Counted from the stretch's first letter, positions 8,401 to 18,659 are shown. The stretch is 64,000 nt of DNA from Alphaproteobacteria bacterium (GCA_964291415.2 OZ219918.1:1252672-1316671); one strand, 5' to 3'. Numbers and translations are program-made. The notes: generated by a model not told the origin, from the letters alone.

Positions 8401-11000
8401 TGGCGCAGCTGCGGATCTGCCCGGGAGAACGAGACCTCGATGCCGTCGGCCGCCATCATGCGCACCCGCCGCGGCCCGATCGACATGATGCGCATCTCCT
8501 CGCCGTTGACGCACCCCGGCTTCCCGCGGCGGGGTCTGCGGTTCCGCGTCCAGCGGATGCGGTCGCCCGCCCGGATCTCGATCTGGGCCGTCTCGTAGAC
8601 GGAGAGGTTGCGAGCGGCGTTGCCCGAGGGCCTGAAGCGCCGTTCCCCGCCGTCGGCGCCGATGAGGACGACCATGCCGTCCTCGAGCCTTGAAACGGTG
8701 CACGTGTCATCGGCCATGCAGCCGTAGGCGTTGCGGTGGAAGACGACCGTGTCGCCGACTTCGTAGTTGCCTATCTCGGCGGCCTCGACGCGGGTATGGC
8801 GCCGGTCGATCAGGCGCTCGATCACGAGCGTGCGGCCCGACAGCCTGTCTTCCCCGGCGAGGCCCTCGCGGACGGCCTCGTTGATCTGCCGGCGGATGGC
8901 GTGGGTGGGAGCCAGCACCGCGCAGTCGTCCCTCTCGTCCACAGGCAAGGCGAGCCAGGCGTGAGCCGCTGCGGCCCCGAGATCCTCTCTCGCGTGCTCG
9001 ATCACCCGGTTTGCGAGACGGGTCACGGCCTCGCCCGCTTCGCCCTCGCGGGCGTGTGCGACTGCTGCCTTGAGTTCCGGGTCCTTCTGGCGCAGCACTT
9101 CGTCCATCACCGCCGTCGTCATGCCGGCCTTCTGCATCAGCGCGAAGGGCTGGCCGGCGTCAACGGCCTTCAGCTGCGCCGTGTCGCCCACCAGCACCAC
9201 CCGGGCGATTCCCAGATTGCCGGCGATGGCGAGCAGCCGCTCCATCTGCACCGTGCCGATCATCGAGGCCTCGTCGACCGCCAGGACGGTGCCGGCCAGC
9301 TCCTCCCGGGCCTGCGCCAGTCGTTCGGGCTCGAGATCGCCGTAGCGCACGAGGAACCACTGGAGTGTGCGTGTCGGAATGCCCGTCTCCCTGGCCAGCA
9401 CCCGCGCCGCGGCCGTCGAGGGTGCAAGACCTGTGAGAGAGTCTCTGCCGACGAGGTCCGCCACTGCGCGAAGCATCGTCGTCTTGCCAGACCCGGCGCG
9501 GCCCTGCACGCCGACGGTGCGGTCGCCCTCGCCGACGATGTGGCGCACCGCGTCCGCCTGGCCCGACGTCAGCGACGTCCCGGCAAGGCGCGTCGCGACC
9601 GTCTCCGGTTCGGCGAAGGCCTCGGCCATCGCCCTGCCTTCCTTCACCATCTTGAGGATCCGTCGCTCCGCCTTCACCGCGCGGTCGGTGACGAACGAGC
9701 GGTCCGAGCCGCGCTGGACGGTCTCCACCAGTTCCCCGTCCGCCACCAGGCGTTCGATCGCCTGGTCGATTTCTTCCAGGCGATAGCGACCCGGCGCGTG
9801 GCCCAGCGCCAGCATGCGGATGTCGCGTTCCGGGATGATCGTGCGTCTCTCCTCGACGTGGGCGACCGCGCGGGCCACCGCCTCCAGGCACCCGGTCTCC
9901 GGCTCCGGGATCATCTCCGGCGGCGCAGCCGGCCGCCGCCTCGTTTCCAGCGGCGGCGCCTCCACCACCGGCGTGAGGTGAGGCACGGCCGGCGACCGGC
10001 GGCGACGGCGCCTTTCGTTCTTGGTTAGATCCGCCTCCAGAGGCAGCGGCCGCGGCATCTCCTGGCCCGTTTCCGGATCGACCGGCCGCGGAGGGCTGAG
10101 CGCCGCCGGATCGCGGGCGAGGCCGAGGGCCCGGGCACGGTCCCGCCACTGAGGCACCAGTTCGGCCAGCCCTGCCTCCACCTTGCGCCGGCGCGTGTGG
10201 AGCGTCGCCTTCTGCGTCGCCTCCTTCGTATGGGGAAGGCCGTGCTTCTCCAGGTAGGCCAGGATCTCGCGGCGCCGCCCGGAGAAGGCGTCGAGGAACG
10301 CCTTGTCGTAGCCCGCCAGCTCGAACCCCGGCACCGAACCCACCATGGTCGGCGTCACCGCCAACCTCAGCGCCTCCAGCCGCGCCGCCAGCCCGTTGCG
10401 GTAGTGCGCCCCGATCAGCCTCTCGCTCCTTCTGATGAGCGTCGGCTCGATGCTCTTCCAGGCGCCCTCACGGTCGCGCGTCATGTTCGCCAGGACGCAG
10501 TGGGTGTGGAGCTGTGGGTCGAGGTCGCGGCTGGTGAGGTGGCGAAAACCCGCCACCACCATGCCGTGGGCCTTCACCCGGGGACGCCGTTTCGTCGTTG
10601 GATCCCAGCCGCGGGTCTGCAGGAGGTCGCGCTCGATCCAGTCGAGCGTCGCGCGCACCGCCTCGTCATGGGCGCGGATGACCCGGGCATCGCCCATGAC
10701 CAGCGCCTCCAGCGACACCGATTTTGGCGCCGACAACGTGATGTCCCAGCCAGGGCGGTGCTGCCGCGTGCCCTCGACGAGGCGGCCCAGGCGGATATCG
10801 CTCTTCGGCACCTTGCCTGAGAGCACCGATTCGAAGCGCGACGGCACCACGTGGCCCCTGAGGTTGAGAGCCGCCGCCGCGGTGCCGTGCCAGAAGCTCG
10901 CCTTCCTGTGCTCCGGGTCGTTCTTCGCGTAGTAGCCGTCCTTCTCGAAGTACGACACCGCCGTCGCCGTCGAGGCCAGCTCGTGGACCGTCGCCACCAT
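5418..11000 (-). CDS. MOBF (TrwC/TraI-type) conjugative relaxase-helicase with long C-terminal extension
   Basis: N-terminal YFEKDGYY catalytic tyrosines, DITLSAPKSVS, HLTSRDLDPQLHTH (3H motif), FSGRR, Walker A GRAGSGKT, DEASM, GDTAQL, HAAQG helicase motifs. Confidence 0.95.
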   Translation of the reverse strand: MVATVHELASTATAVSYFEKDGYYAKNDPEHRKASFWHGTAAAALNLRGHVVPSRFESVLSGKVPKSDIRLGRLVEGTRQHRPGWDITLSAPKSVSLEALVMGDARVIRAHDEAVRATLDWIERDLLQTRGWDPTTKRRPRVKAHGMVVAGFRHLTSRDLDPQLHTHCVLANMTRDREGAWKSIEPTLIRRSERLIGAHYRNGLAARLEALRLAVTPTMVGSVPGFELAGYDKAFLDAFSGRRREILAYLEKHGLPHTKEATQKATLHTRRRKVEAGLAELVPQWRDRARALGLARDPAALSPPRPVDPETGQEMPRPLPLEADLTKNERRRRRRSPAVPHLTPVVEAPPLETRRRPAAPPEMIPEPETGCLEAVARAVAHVEERRTIIPERDIRMLALGHAPGRYRLEEIDQAIERLVADGELVETVQRGSDRSFVTDRAVKAERRILKMVKEGRAMAEAFAEPETVATRLAGTSLTSGQADAVRHIVGEGDRTVGVQGRAGSGKTTMLRAVADLVGRDSLTGLAPSTAAARVLARETGIPTRTLQWFLVRYGDLEPERLAQAREELAGTVLAVDEASMIGTVQMERLLAIAGNLGIARVVLVGDTAQLKAVDAGQPFALMQKAGMTTAVMDEVLRQKDPELKAAVAHAREGEAGEAVTRLANRVIEHAREDLGAAAAHAWLALPVDERDDCAVLAPTHAIRRQINEAVREGLAGEDRLSGRTLVIERLIDRRHTRVEAAEIGNYEVGDTVVFHRNAYGCMADDTCTVSRLEDGMVVLIGADGGERRFRPSGNAARNLSVYETAQIEIRAGDRIRWTRNRRPRRGKPGCVNGEEMRIMSIGPRRVRMMAADGIEVSFSRADPQLRHLDHAWSSTVHAAQGRTAKKVIAVLDAGGMADQEMFYVEVSRASHGFTLLTDDREALIERLETSPDVPDVALEALGEDFDAPVVDPDAWADAVAAWEAVHHQAERTGREPSSVPGYAEAMAGLAAFAAIEDLPHEMRAFVDARLHEHEAVRAADREVRRLVDGLLDHARRWPELNWAASAKACAADELPAWRQWREGGAALLEAAARSVADGTALANAGRRLRAVRLIDDARRFARDWRALEARADAEGVPVAALAGYAQLVSEGERLADAGSLTGEDARQVASWQARHAAETALVARLESLTARAEALLAQAPGDSSTDPAAAEIVSWRDEADAWMREARAVLTGETPEAPFLRSMPKTRAAIEEALGRTAAAMRAVDHGALLWRVEETERQAAERALLSLDMPGWPGLLDEVRGTVEREAGGTPVLEVLAAHLVSDARRQQDRERLRAALARLAEIEANRPRFADGRESDRAAWRAAAPAAARTVAAAVDAIPDSERNAHLTALGETAAALEQRIAAVPSWLATVAALEALAVWRQRVDRHDTAAPEPGDPGWRRDVAALIAEGRALPGAWRASGLPAGDMAGAVEAVQDTAARLDAALLDDSRRVFVRRSHALDRDVRENGVHALDSVHLAPLRTALGQLGDDPRLSADERTKVIGWRNAIEGWDGDRRRVAGIVAEALALEPRLEGAGPIPDVWRRRAEALLNAGTADALAEAHVRAAGAGPERIAGILEALRGRLADDDAVREARRRSGHLLAIDDAVRRLRDAPFDTSRSIRWDGTEPLLRGDRLTWRDGEGRHDTLVEIVGHVSGPGTIDHLRLRPVGGIETRVLFNETIRTLAANATCRRMLWPDEEVRRRECGRQYPEADASFPLTCEDGVLPGDRVRWTLVRDPAGGRDARGGDTPLIEAVVEAVEPAINNRVSDMVTLRVIRSWGTDAAPAAGSTVRQEMRALFMRGCVRAPWEDEDERSERMAEALRESEARRRGRSRGFSM

Positions 11001-11006
11001 AGCCCG

Positions 11007-11771
11007 CTACCCCTGCGTTGCCGCCGGCAGTGGCCAGGGCATCAACCCCGTCGCAGGGCGCGCGAATTGACCCGCAGACCCGTCAAGGTGCTGGATCACG
11101 AAGCCGGTCATCATGCCGGCAGAGAACGTGAAGCCGAGGAGGAGGGGGATGGCACTCGTGTGAAGCCGGAAATCGGTCCTGTGCTGCGCCAGCGCCTGTT
11201 CGAAGCGCCCGAGCCGCGCGGCGAGCGAGGCCGTTCCCTTCACGAGGTCGCCCAGCGTCCGTGTCTGGCCGGTCCGCGCCTGGCGCGCGTGCTCGCTGTG
11301 CGCCGCCAGGCGCAGTGCGGCGACGGGGGCCGTGACGGCATCAGTCATGGCACCGAGGCGGTGGTCGTGCTGCTCGCGCGTGCGGGCTACCCTGTCGAGC
11401 GTGCCGCCCTGGGCCTTGAGGTCGGCGCGGATGCCCGCAGCGCGCGTCGCCCCGGCCGCATCGAGTTCGGTGCCGGGACCGGTGACGGCCACCGGGATCC
11501 GCCGTACCGAGGCTGTCGGTTCCACGTGCCGCGCCGAAGCGTCGCGCCCGGCAGCGTCGATCCGCCCCGAAAGACGGCCAGGCGCGTCGATGCAGGCCTG
11601 CAACGTCGCCGGTTGGTTTGCCGTTGCCTGATGTTGTGCTGCGCATTCGCCGGCGATGAGAGTCGTGAAGCCGGCGACCGCGGCCAGGAGCGCGCCGAGC
11701 GTCTCCCGGTCGGCGACCGCCAGGCGCTGTGCGGGTTCAAGCGGGCGAAGAAGGTCCCTTCTTTCTGTCAT
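11007..11771 (-). CDS. hypothetical coiled-coil protein with C-terminal hydrophobic helix, upstream of relaxase
   Basis: Ends 6 bp before the relaxase ATG. GGAG RBS. C-terminal IPLLLGFTFSAGMMTGFVI segment. Confidence 0.55.
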   Translation of the reverse strand: MTERRDLLRPLEPAQRLAVADRETLGALLAAVAGFTTLIAGECAAQHQATANQPATLQACIDAPGRLSGRIDAAGRDASARHVEPTASVRRIPVAVTGPGTELDAAGATRAAGIRADLKAQGGTLDRVARTREQHDHRLGAMTDAVTAPVAALRLAAHSEHARQARTGQTRTLGDLVKGTASLAARLGRFEQALAQHRTDFRLHTSAIPLLLGFTFSAGMMTGFVIQHLDGSAGQFARPATGLMPWPLPAATQG

Positions 11772-12149
11772 GGCGCATCTCCCCGGTCATGACATCAGCC
11801 GTCTTCCTCCCTGCCCTGACAGGGATGCACACAAGAGCCAGAAGAATGCAACCATTGAGTGGACGAGGGGGTAGAGCGTGCTCCTCGTCGACATCAACTG
11901 CACCAGCAGCCCGGCGGTTGGCAGCTGTCGTGCGACAGGAGCGGGCGAGATGGCGGCCGTGGTCGACAGTGCCAAGTGAAAACGCGGGGACCGTCCCGAT
12001 CCCGGGGCCATCGTGGGCAGACGGGCGGTCGTGACGTCCAGTCCAGACCTGTGATCTGTACATCCAGGGCGCGGGTTGCCATTTGAAATCGCTGACCACG
12101 CTTGACGCCAAGAAGTCGGCCATCCGACAGGCAGACGCTTTTGGAAGGA

Positions 12150-12720
12150 CTACCGAGGAAGCATGTCCGGGCTGACTACCGTGCCGCGCCGATCATCCCG
12201 CGGTCTCCCGAGCGGCAAACCCGGCCAAAAGGGAACATCATCGCGAAATCCGGCGCTCGACCGGGACAGGCCGGCGGATGGCAGAGGATGCGTGTCGGCC
12301 GACACGTGCCGCGAGACCCGACAGCTCCGCAACGGGCCGAAGAGAACCTAAGGGCGGGCACATTGCGGCGGGTGGCACCCTGATTGGAAGTCATCCGCCG
12401 GCCGCGGCGATCGACGTGCAGAGCGTGGGGGCGACGGAGGGGGGATCGGGAGGGCCGTCCGGACATGAAGCGGGCAGGAAGGGTAGGGGACGCAGGCGTC
12501 ACTTGGCGGTGGACACCGAGGGTTCGCTGATTGTCCTCACCAGATGCACGGTGGACATTCAGGTCCGGAACGCGATTGCGGATGTGCGAGTGAGTCTCCT
12601 GCGAAAGGCGCCCGGAATCGCGAGGGTGTTGCCGACGGCGTCCATCGGGGAAACCCGGGCCGCGCGACGCCGTGGCTCGCCGACGCCTTTCGGAGCTGAT
12701 CGAGATTGTTGCAAGACCGA
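12150..12720 (+). pseudogene. IS5-family transposase remnant
   Basis: PAAAIDVQSVGATEGGSGGPSGHEAGRKGRGRRRHLAVDTEG is a decayed form of the IS5 motif PSAxxIDSQSVK...GYDAGKKxKGRKRHxxVDT. Confidence 0.8.
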
Positions 12721-12865
12721 AGGATGTCAGGGCGCCCACCCGACCTCGCCGAGGCTGGGCGTCGGAGCGAACGGTTGCCCGGAAGGGCCGATGTCGGCGC
12801 CTGACAAAGGCGTCGATCGCACCGGGAGAGGGCTTTGGCGTGGGCCCGGCCGCATGTCGCTTCCG

Positions 12866-13586
12866 CATGCGCCGGACCGCAGGAGAGTCACATGCATGAA
12901 TCACCGAATACACTATTGTCGACCACGTGTGCGTCAACCGCGGAGGAACGGCGGGATTCACGTGAACGCCTGCATGACGGCGAATTGCTAACCTCAAGTC
13001 GAAGCAGCGGACAAAGTGGGAGACGTCAGTACCGCCGCCATGGACAACCAAGGCTGGCAAATCCCGAGTGTCGTGCCCAGAGCTAGAACAGAGAAGGTAT
13101 GAAAAAATAGTGAAAAACTACCACACTGGAGGAAACAACACACAATACATACATACCACGCACTATAGTGTTCGCCCAGATCATGCAATCCGGAAGGCAG
13201 AAGGAATTGAAGTACATCACTCAAGCAAGTCCGGCTCTATCCCTCGTGGTTGGCATTCCGGCGGCAGCTGATGATGTTTCGCAAGGAAGCCGTGTTTGCC
13301 CGCGATGGGGTGTGCGAGAAACTACAAGAAAAGAAGATACACCGTCATCGGCCAATTGGACCCCCGTGGATGCGCAGCCAGCGCACCAGCGCTTGGTCAT
13401 GGCCGATGTCCCGAGGGGACCCCGTCAGAACAGCCGGGTCAAGACACGAAACCATCCCGGCTATGTCAACCGTGTGACGCTCAACTAACGGACATGCCAT
13501 GAGCCAGATCCCCCGCAAGGGCGCAGGACTCCGCATAGCATCTCAGAGTGTGTTGGTTCCGGTTTTGCCGGGTTAGGGAAAATGCC
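12866..13586 (+). repeat. dispersed non-coding module, copy A (promoter plus long leader)
   Basis: 12866-13075 aligns with 41058-41265 (shared GAATCACCGAATACA, GTCAACCGCGGAGGA, ACGCCTGCATGACGGCGAATTGC, CAGCGGACAAAGTG). CTATAGT...CAGATCATGCAA at 13177-13188. Confidence 0.8.
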
Positions 13587-13799
13587 ATGAAAGAGAATGT
13601 TATTTCAGCTACCGCAATGTTGGCAATGGCACTATGCGGCACGGTTGCGTTGGCACAGGACTCGACGGACCTCACAACACGACAGATCACCTCGGAAAGT
13701 GACCCCCAGAACGGCAGCACGGAAACTCAAAGCATCGGTGGAATAAAGTGGTTTTGCGAAAAATATCCTGATTCACGAGCGTGCAACCCGGACAATTGA
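13587..13799 (+). CDS. small secreted protein with C-terminal Cys pair
   Basis: Signal peptide MKENVISATAMLAMALCGTVALA|QD. Ends WFCEKYPDSRACNPDN. AGGGA RBS. Confidence 0.6.
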   Translation: MKENVISATAMLAMALCGTVALAQDSTDLTTRQITSESDPQNGSTETQSIGGIKWFCEKYPDSRACNPDN

Positions 13800-13801
13800 A
13801 T

Positions 13802-14353
13802 ATGTACCACCAACAAGTCCTCGATTTGCTCGAACAGATTGCAAAGATACTCGGTGTCGTTGTCGCACTCGTGTCTGCTGCGATAGTGTGGTGTGAGTAC
13901 ACGGCCAATCAGAACAACGAACGCATCAATAGAACATTGCAGTTCTCGGAAGCATATCGGTCCGGTAGTTTTCTGGAGACTAGGAAAGAGCTTCATAAGA
14001 CAGTTGATCGCGCTATTTACGATAAAACCGGTTCGCAACGTGATTGGGACGAGTACGCTGAGGCTTTAGTTGCTATGTTGGATCGCGGCGAACCCTTCAT
14101 CAGCTATGAAATTGTTCTGGAATCGTTTGATGAACTTATGCGATGCACTATCACCGAAGTCTGTGATGTGAAAACAGCGACTGACCTTTTTGCGGAAGAA
14201 GCATGCTTTCTCGTCACTGTTCTGTTTCCGGCTATCGAAGGACGGATTAAGACGACGCATGCGGAACATGCGTCAGGACTACGTTACTTTGCGGACAAGT
14301 ACATTGAGAACGGCACAAAGCCGTGTGTTGCTGTATCCGCTCTCAATGGTTGA
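13802..14353 (+). CDS. single-pass membrane protein, DUF4760-like
   Basis: N-terminal TM (ILGVVVALVSAAIVW), then helical domain with VLESFDELMRCTITEVCD. Starts 2 bp after the previous stop; low GC. Confidence 0.55.
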   Translation: MYHQQVLDLLEQIAKILGVVVALVSAAIVWCEYTANQNNERINRTLQFSEAYRSGSFLETRKELHKTVDRAIYDKTGSQRDWDEYAEALVAMLDRGEPFISYEIVLESFDELMRCTITEVCDVKTATDLFAEEACFLVTVLFPAIEGRIKTTHAEHASGLRYFADKYIENGTKPCVAVSALNG

Positions 14354-14581
14354 TTTCAGGTGCTGTCGTGTCAGCAATGCTAGACATTTTGAGCGCGCCA
14401 GCCTTCGCGGTTGAGCTGCAGAGTTGGAACTGTTGGGGCAACGTCGCACCGTGGGAGACCACATCTACAGGTCGAGCCTTGGCTATTGTTAGAGCAGTTC
14501 GCGCGGTCGATCTATGTGGACCTCAACCTGTGGGCTTGCGCGGCGTTGTGCGCCCGCGTCCACTTGAAAGGAGAATGACCG

Positions 14582-14974
14582 GTGTTCGTGCAGAATCTGA
14601 ATGAGCGCCAACAGGGCGTCTTGCTTCACTACGCCGATGAAGTGATGCGCGTGGATCACAAGATCGACGCTGCGGAACTGTTGGCGATGGACATGCTCCG
14701 AAATCAGACGGAGCCCGGTGTGAAAGCCGAGGATGTGGCGATCGAAGCGCTGCCAGGACTGTTCGAGGACAGACTGAGCCGCGTGTCCTTCCTTCTGGAA
14801 CTGGTTGGCATGGGCTATGCCAACACGGACTTCCATCCCGAACAGTCGGAACTCATCACCCAGATCGCACGCGTGTTCGGCCTCCACGAGAACGGCACGA
14901 AAGAAGCCGTCGAACAATGGGTGAAGGACGAGATTGCCCTGATGAATAAGGCCCGGCAGTTGATGGAGGGCTGA
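14582..14974 (+). CDS. TerB-family protein
   Basis: MFVQNLNERQQ...VMRVDHKIDAAE and second repeat MGYANTDFHPEQSELITQIARVFG fit the TerB D-x-x-x-x-x-x-E helical pattern. AGGAG RBS. Confidence 0.75.
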   Translation: MFVQNLNERQQGVLLHYADEVMRVDHKIDAAELLAMDMLRNQTEPGVKAEDVAIEALPGLFEDRLSRVSFLLELVGMGYANTDFHPEQSELITQIARVFGLHENGTKEAVEQWVKDEIALMNKARQLMEG

Positions 14975-14977
14975 AGG

Positions 14978-16564
14978 ATGCCTCTGCCACTTGTCCTGAT
15001 AGGCGCAGCGGTGGCCGCAGGCGTTGCCATCGGTATTGCCACCGCAGACGACAACGATGACGATGACATCAAGTCGCGCAATCGAGGACGGTCTGACTCG
15101 CGAAGAAGCCGCATGCCGCCCCGGGACGGTTCACGCTTGTCGCGCGAGGAAGTGGCGGGGGTCAGTGCGGGGGTGGCCGGTAGCGGAACGAACTATGCCG
15201 ACAACGTCAGGTTCGGGGCCCAGCACGGTCATGGAGTCGCTGCCGAGAAAGCCAATCACCTCTTTGACACATTTACCGGCAAGGATGCCCGGGTCGTGGG
15301 TGGCGATAACGCGAAGGGCGGTCCGGATCGCATTGTCGGCGGCATCGAAATACAGACCAAATACTGCAGTAGTGGTGTGAAATGCATAGCTGAGTGCTTT
15401 GAAGGCGGCGAGTTTAGATATTTTGGTGGTGACGGTTCGCCCATGCAGATCGAGGTTCCCAGCGATATGTATGAAGGGGCCGTCAAAGCGATGGAAGGTC
15501 GCATCGCGAAGGGCCAGGTGAGCGGCGTTTCAGATCCAGCAAAGGCCAGGGAGATCGTACGCAAGGGACAATTCACCTATGCCCAAGCGAAGAACATTGC
15601 CCGTTTCGGCACGATCGAAAGCCTGACCTACGATACGGTGAACGGCGTGAAGCTGGCCGCGCAAGCGATGGGTGTTTCCGCCGCGCTGTCGTTTGCGGTT
15701 TCGATTTGGAACGGCGAGGATCCCGAAACGGCGTTGAGGCAGGCATGTGTAACGGGCATCAAGGTGGGAGGGATCGCCTGGGCTGGCAGCATCCTTGCGG
15801 CACAACTTGGCAGAACGGGAGTTGAGCAGACACTTAGAGGAACCACTGACTGGGTTGTCAAGCAGATTGGGCCGAAGGCGGCCGCTACAGTAGCCAATGC
15901 TCTGCGGTCCGGCACATCGATCCACGGAGCCGCGGCGATTAACCATGTCAGTAAGCTGCTACGGGGGAACATCGTCACGGGAATCGCGACAACGGCAATC
16001 CTGTCCTCGGTTGACTTCGCTCGCATGTTCCAAGGAAGGATGTCGGGTGCCCAGCTGTTCAAGAACGTTGCCACAACCGCTTCGGGTGTCGCCGGCGGTA
16101 CTGCGGGTTGGATGGCAGGCACCGCCATGGGCGCAGCCATCGGATCAGTTGTGCCTGGTGTCGGGACGGTCTTTGGCGGAGCTATCGGCGCCTTCGCAGG
16201 CGCGTTTGCGGGAGGGGCGGCAACATCGAAAGTGGTGACGGCTGTTCTGGATGAATTCATCGAAGACGATGCAAAAGAGATGCTGAAGATTGTTGAGAAG
16301 ACCTTCGGGATCCTGTGCGTCGACTACCTGCTGAACGAGAAGGAAGCGCTTGCTGTCCTCGAAGAACTACAGAAGTTGGATCTGCCTGTCACTTTGAGGG
16401 ATCTGTATGCATCGAATGATCGGAATGTCCACGCGCGCAGTGTTCTTGAACCGCTCGTGGAGGAACAGGTCAGAGCTAGAAAACGCATATTGCTTCCATC
16501 GAGCAACGACCTGGCGAAGCAAACCGGAGTCATCTTGCAGCAGGCGGCCGAAGCCGAACGTTGA
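14978..16564 (+). CDS. YeeR-like inner membrane protein
   Basis: GHGVAAEKANHLFD...GGDNAKGGPDRIVGGIEIQTKYC, MQIEVPSDMY and YAQAKNIARFGTIESLTYD resemble E. coli CP4-44 YeeR. Glycine-zipper helices near the C-terminus. Confidence 0.75.
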   Translation: MPLPLVLIGAAVAAGVAIGIATADDNDDDDIKSRNRGRSDSRRSRMPPRDGSRLSREEVAGVSAGVAGSGTNYADNVRFGAQHGHGVAAEKANHLFDTFTGKDARVVGGDNAKGGPDRIVGGIEIQTKYCSSGVKCIAECFEGGEFRYFGGDGSPMQIEVPSDMYEGAVKAMEGRIAKGQVSGVSDPAKAREIVRKGQFTYAQAKNIARFGTIESLTYDTVNGVKLAAQAMGVSAALSFAVSIWNGEDPETALRQACVTGIKVGGIAWAGSILAAQLGRTGVEQTLRGTTDWVVKQIGPKAAATVANALRSGTSIHGAAAINHVSKLLRGNIVTGIATTAILSSVDFARMFQGRMSGAQLFKNVATTASGVAGGTAGWMAGTAMGAAIGSVVPGVGTVFGGAIGAFAGAFAGGAATSKVVTAVLDEFIEDDAKEMLKIVEKTFGILCVDYLLNEKEALAVLEELQKLDLPVTLRDLYASNDRNVHARSVLEPLVEEQVRARKRILLPSSNDLAKQTGVILQQAAEAER

Positions 16565-17049
16565 TGTCTTGAGAAGTTCAGCGCGCCATTCGATCGCCAC
16601 ACCAGAACGGGCCCCATCACGTGGCGGCGATGTGCTGTCAACATGCACCGACCAGCGAACCAACAACGGATGGCTCGCAGGTGGTAACGCGCGTCGGCGT
16701 ACGGCGAAGATCGCGGAGAAGGCGGTTTGACCGCCACAAGCGGATTCTTCGACGGCAACCCATTACTATTGGGAGTTGGTTGCGGCCTGAAGTCACAGTC
16801 CCTCTTGCCGTTCCCACTCATCACGAACTCGGTAGCGATTACAATTTCGAGCAATTCCTAAGTGACCCGAGTTACGGATACGACGTCCAAGCATTCGCAC
16901 GCGCACGACCTCATCGCTGTACCTTATTCAAATCGTTGGGGTTGATGGAGATCACGCAAATGAAGGCGGCACCAGTCGCACGCGCCCGCCGCGCAAGCGT
17001 GCAAGCAGCGGCGCAAACGTAAGCGTTCGGCGAGACCGCCCCGGCGAGA

Positions 17050-18586
17050 TCAGGCTTCGGCCTGCCGATCTTCCGCCGGCGCGGTGTTCCACGGCAGCAG
17101 TTCGTCGATGCGGTTGATCTTGTAGTCCGGGATTCGTTCAAGGACGTCGGCAAGCCAGGCCTGCGGGTCGAGGCCGTTGAGCTTGGCGGTCTCGGTCAGG
17201 GTGTAGGCGATGGCAGCGGCCTTGCCGCCGCTGGCCGAGCCCATGAAGAGATAGTTCTTCCTTCCCACCGCGATCGGTCGGATCGCGCGCTCCGCCGGCA
17301 TTGTTATCGAGTTCCAGGAAGCCGTGCTCGAGATAAGGCCGCAGGCGCTTGATGCGGGTCAGCGCATAGCGGATCGCCGCCGCCAGAGGGGTCTTGGCGG
17401 AGATCTTCGGCAGTTGCGCGTGCAGCCAGCGCTCGAACTCGTCGAGGCGCGGCGCGGCCTTGCCGCGGCGGATGGCGACACGCCGCTCGGGGGGAAGGCC
17501 GCGGGCCTCCTTCTCGATCGCATAGAGGGCGGCGATCCGTTCCAGCGCCTCGGCGGCGATCGCCGAGCCCTGGGCGGCATGGACATCGAAGAACTTGCGC
17601 CGGATATGGGCCATGCAGGCGACCTCGCGGACCGGACCGGCGCGGGCCAGTGCACCGAACCCGGCATAGCCGTCCGAGTGCATCCAGCCGCTGAAGCCCG
17701 TCAGATGTTCCTGAGGATGCGCCGCCTTGCGGTCGGTCGAGAAGCGATACCAGGCCGCCGGCGCTGCCGCGCCCTGCCAGGGCCGCTCGTCCCGGACGTA
17801 GGTCCACACCCGCCCGGTCGCCGTCTTGCCGGTTCCCGGCGCCAGAAGCTTGACCGGGGTGTCGTCGGCGAACAACGCCTGGCCGGCCAGCACGTGGCGT
17901 CCGATCGCCTCGGCCAGCGGCTCCAGCAGCGCTGTGCTCTTGCCGACCCAGCCGGCCAGCGTCGAACGGTCGAGTTCCACGCCGTCGCGGGCGAAGATCC
18001 GGCTCATACGATACAGAGGCAAATGATCGCAGTACTTCGAGACCAGCACGTGCGCGAGAAGGCCGGGCCCCGGACGGCCGCGCTCGATCGGCCGCGGCGG
18101 CAAGGGTGTCTGGTGGAAGCGTTCGCAACTGCCGCAGGCCAGGCGCGGGCGAACGATGCGCTTCACCACGAAGCGACCGGGGATGTACTCCAGCTCCTCG
18201 GTCACATCCTGGCCCAGCCGCTTGAGATGCCCGCCGCAGTCCGTGCAGCGTTCGCCTGGCGCCAGGATCGTCTCCTGGCGCGGCAGATGATCCGGCAAGG
18301 GGCGGCGTCTGGGTTGCTTCTTCGCAGGCGTCGGTGGTTCGGGCAGCGCCTCGGCCGTCTGGGCGATCTCCTCGTCCTCCAGGGCGAGCTCGAGCTGGTC
18401 GAGAGCTTCCGAAGAGGCGCCGAAGCGCTGCCGGCGCAGACCCGCAAGCTGATGCTTGAGCTTCTCGATCAGCAGATCGCGGTGGCGCAGCTCGGTGTCC
18501 CGCGCCGCCAGTTCGGCCCTGGAGGTCAGCACCATGGCCTTCAATGCAGCGATGTCGTCAGGCAGGGAATGGGCTTCGGCGAGCAT
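17050..18586 (-). CDS. tnpC: IS66 transposase TnpC (frameshift near 17300)
   Basis: FGASSE, RRPLPDHLPR, CxxCG, KYCDHLPLYR, ADDTPV, DGY, CMAHIRRKF, LDNN. C-terminus AERAIRPIAVGRKNYLF lies in another frame. Confidence 0.9.
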
Positions 18587-18659
18587 GGCGGCAGCCTACC
18601 CGAAAGGGTCGGCGAAGGGAAGCCCGAATCAACTCAACATGTTGTTAAAATGTCGTGAA

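Noticed and set aside
13168-13488. 106-aa ORF within module copy A as a conserved leader protein
   Set aside because: The equivalent frames in copies B and C stop after 7 codons, so coding is not conserved.
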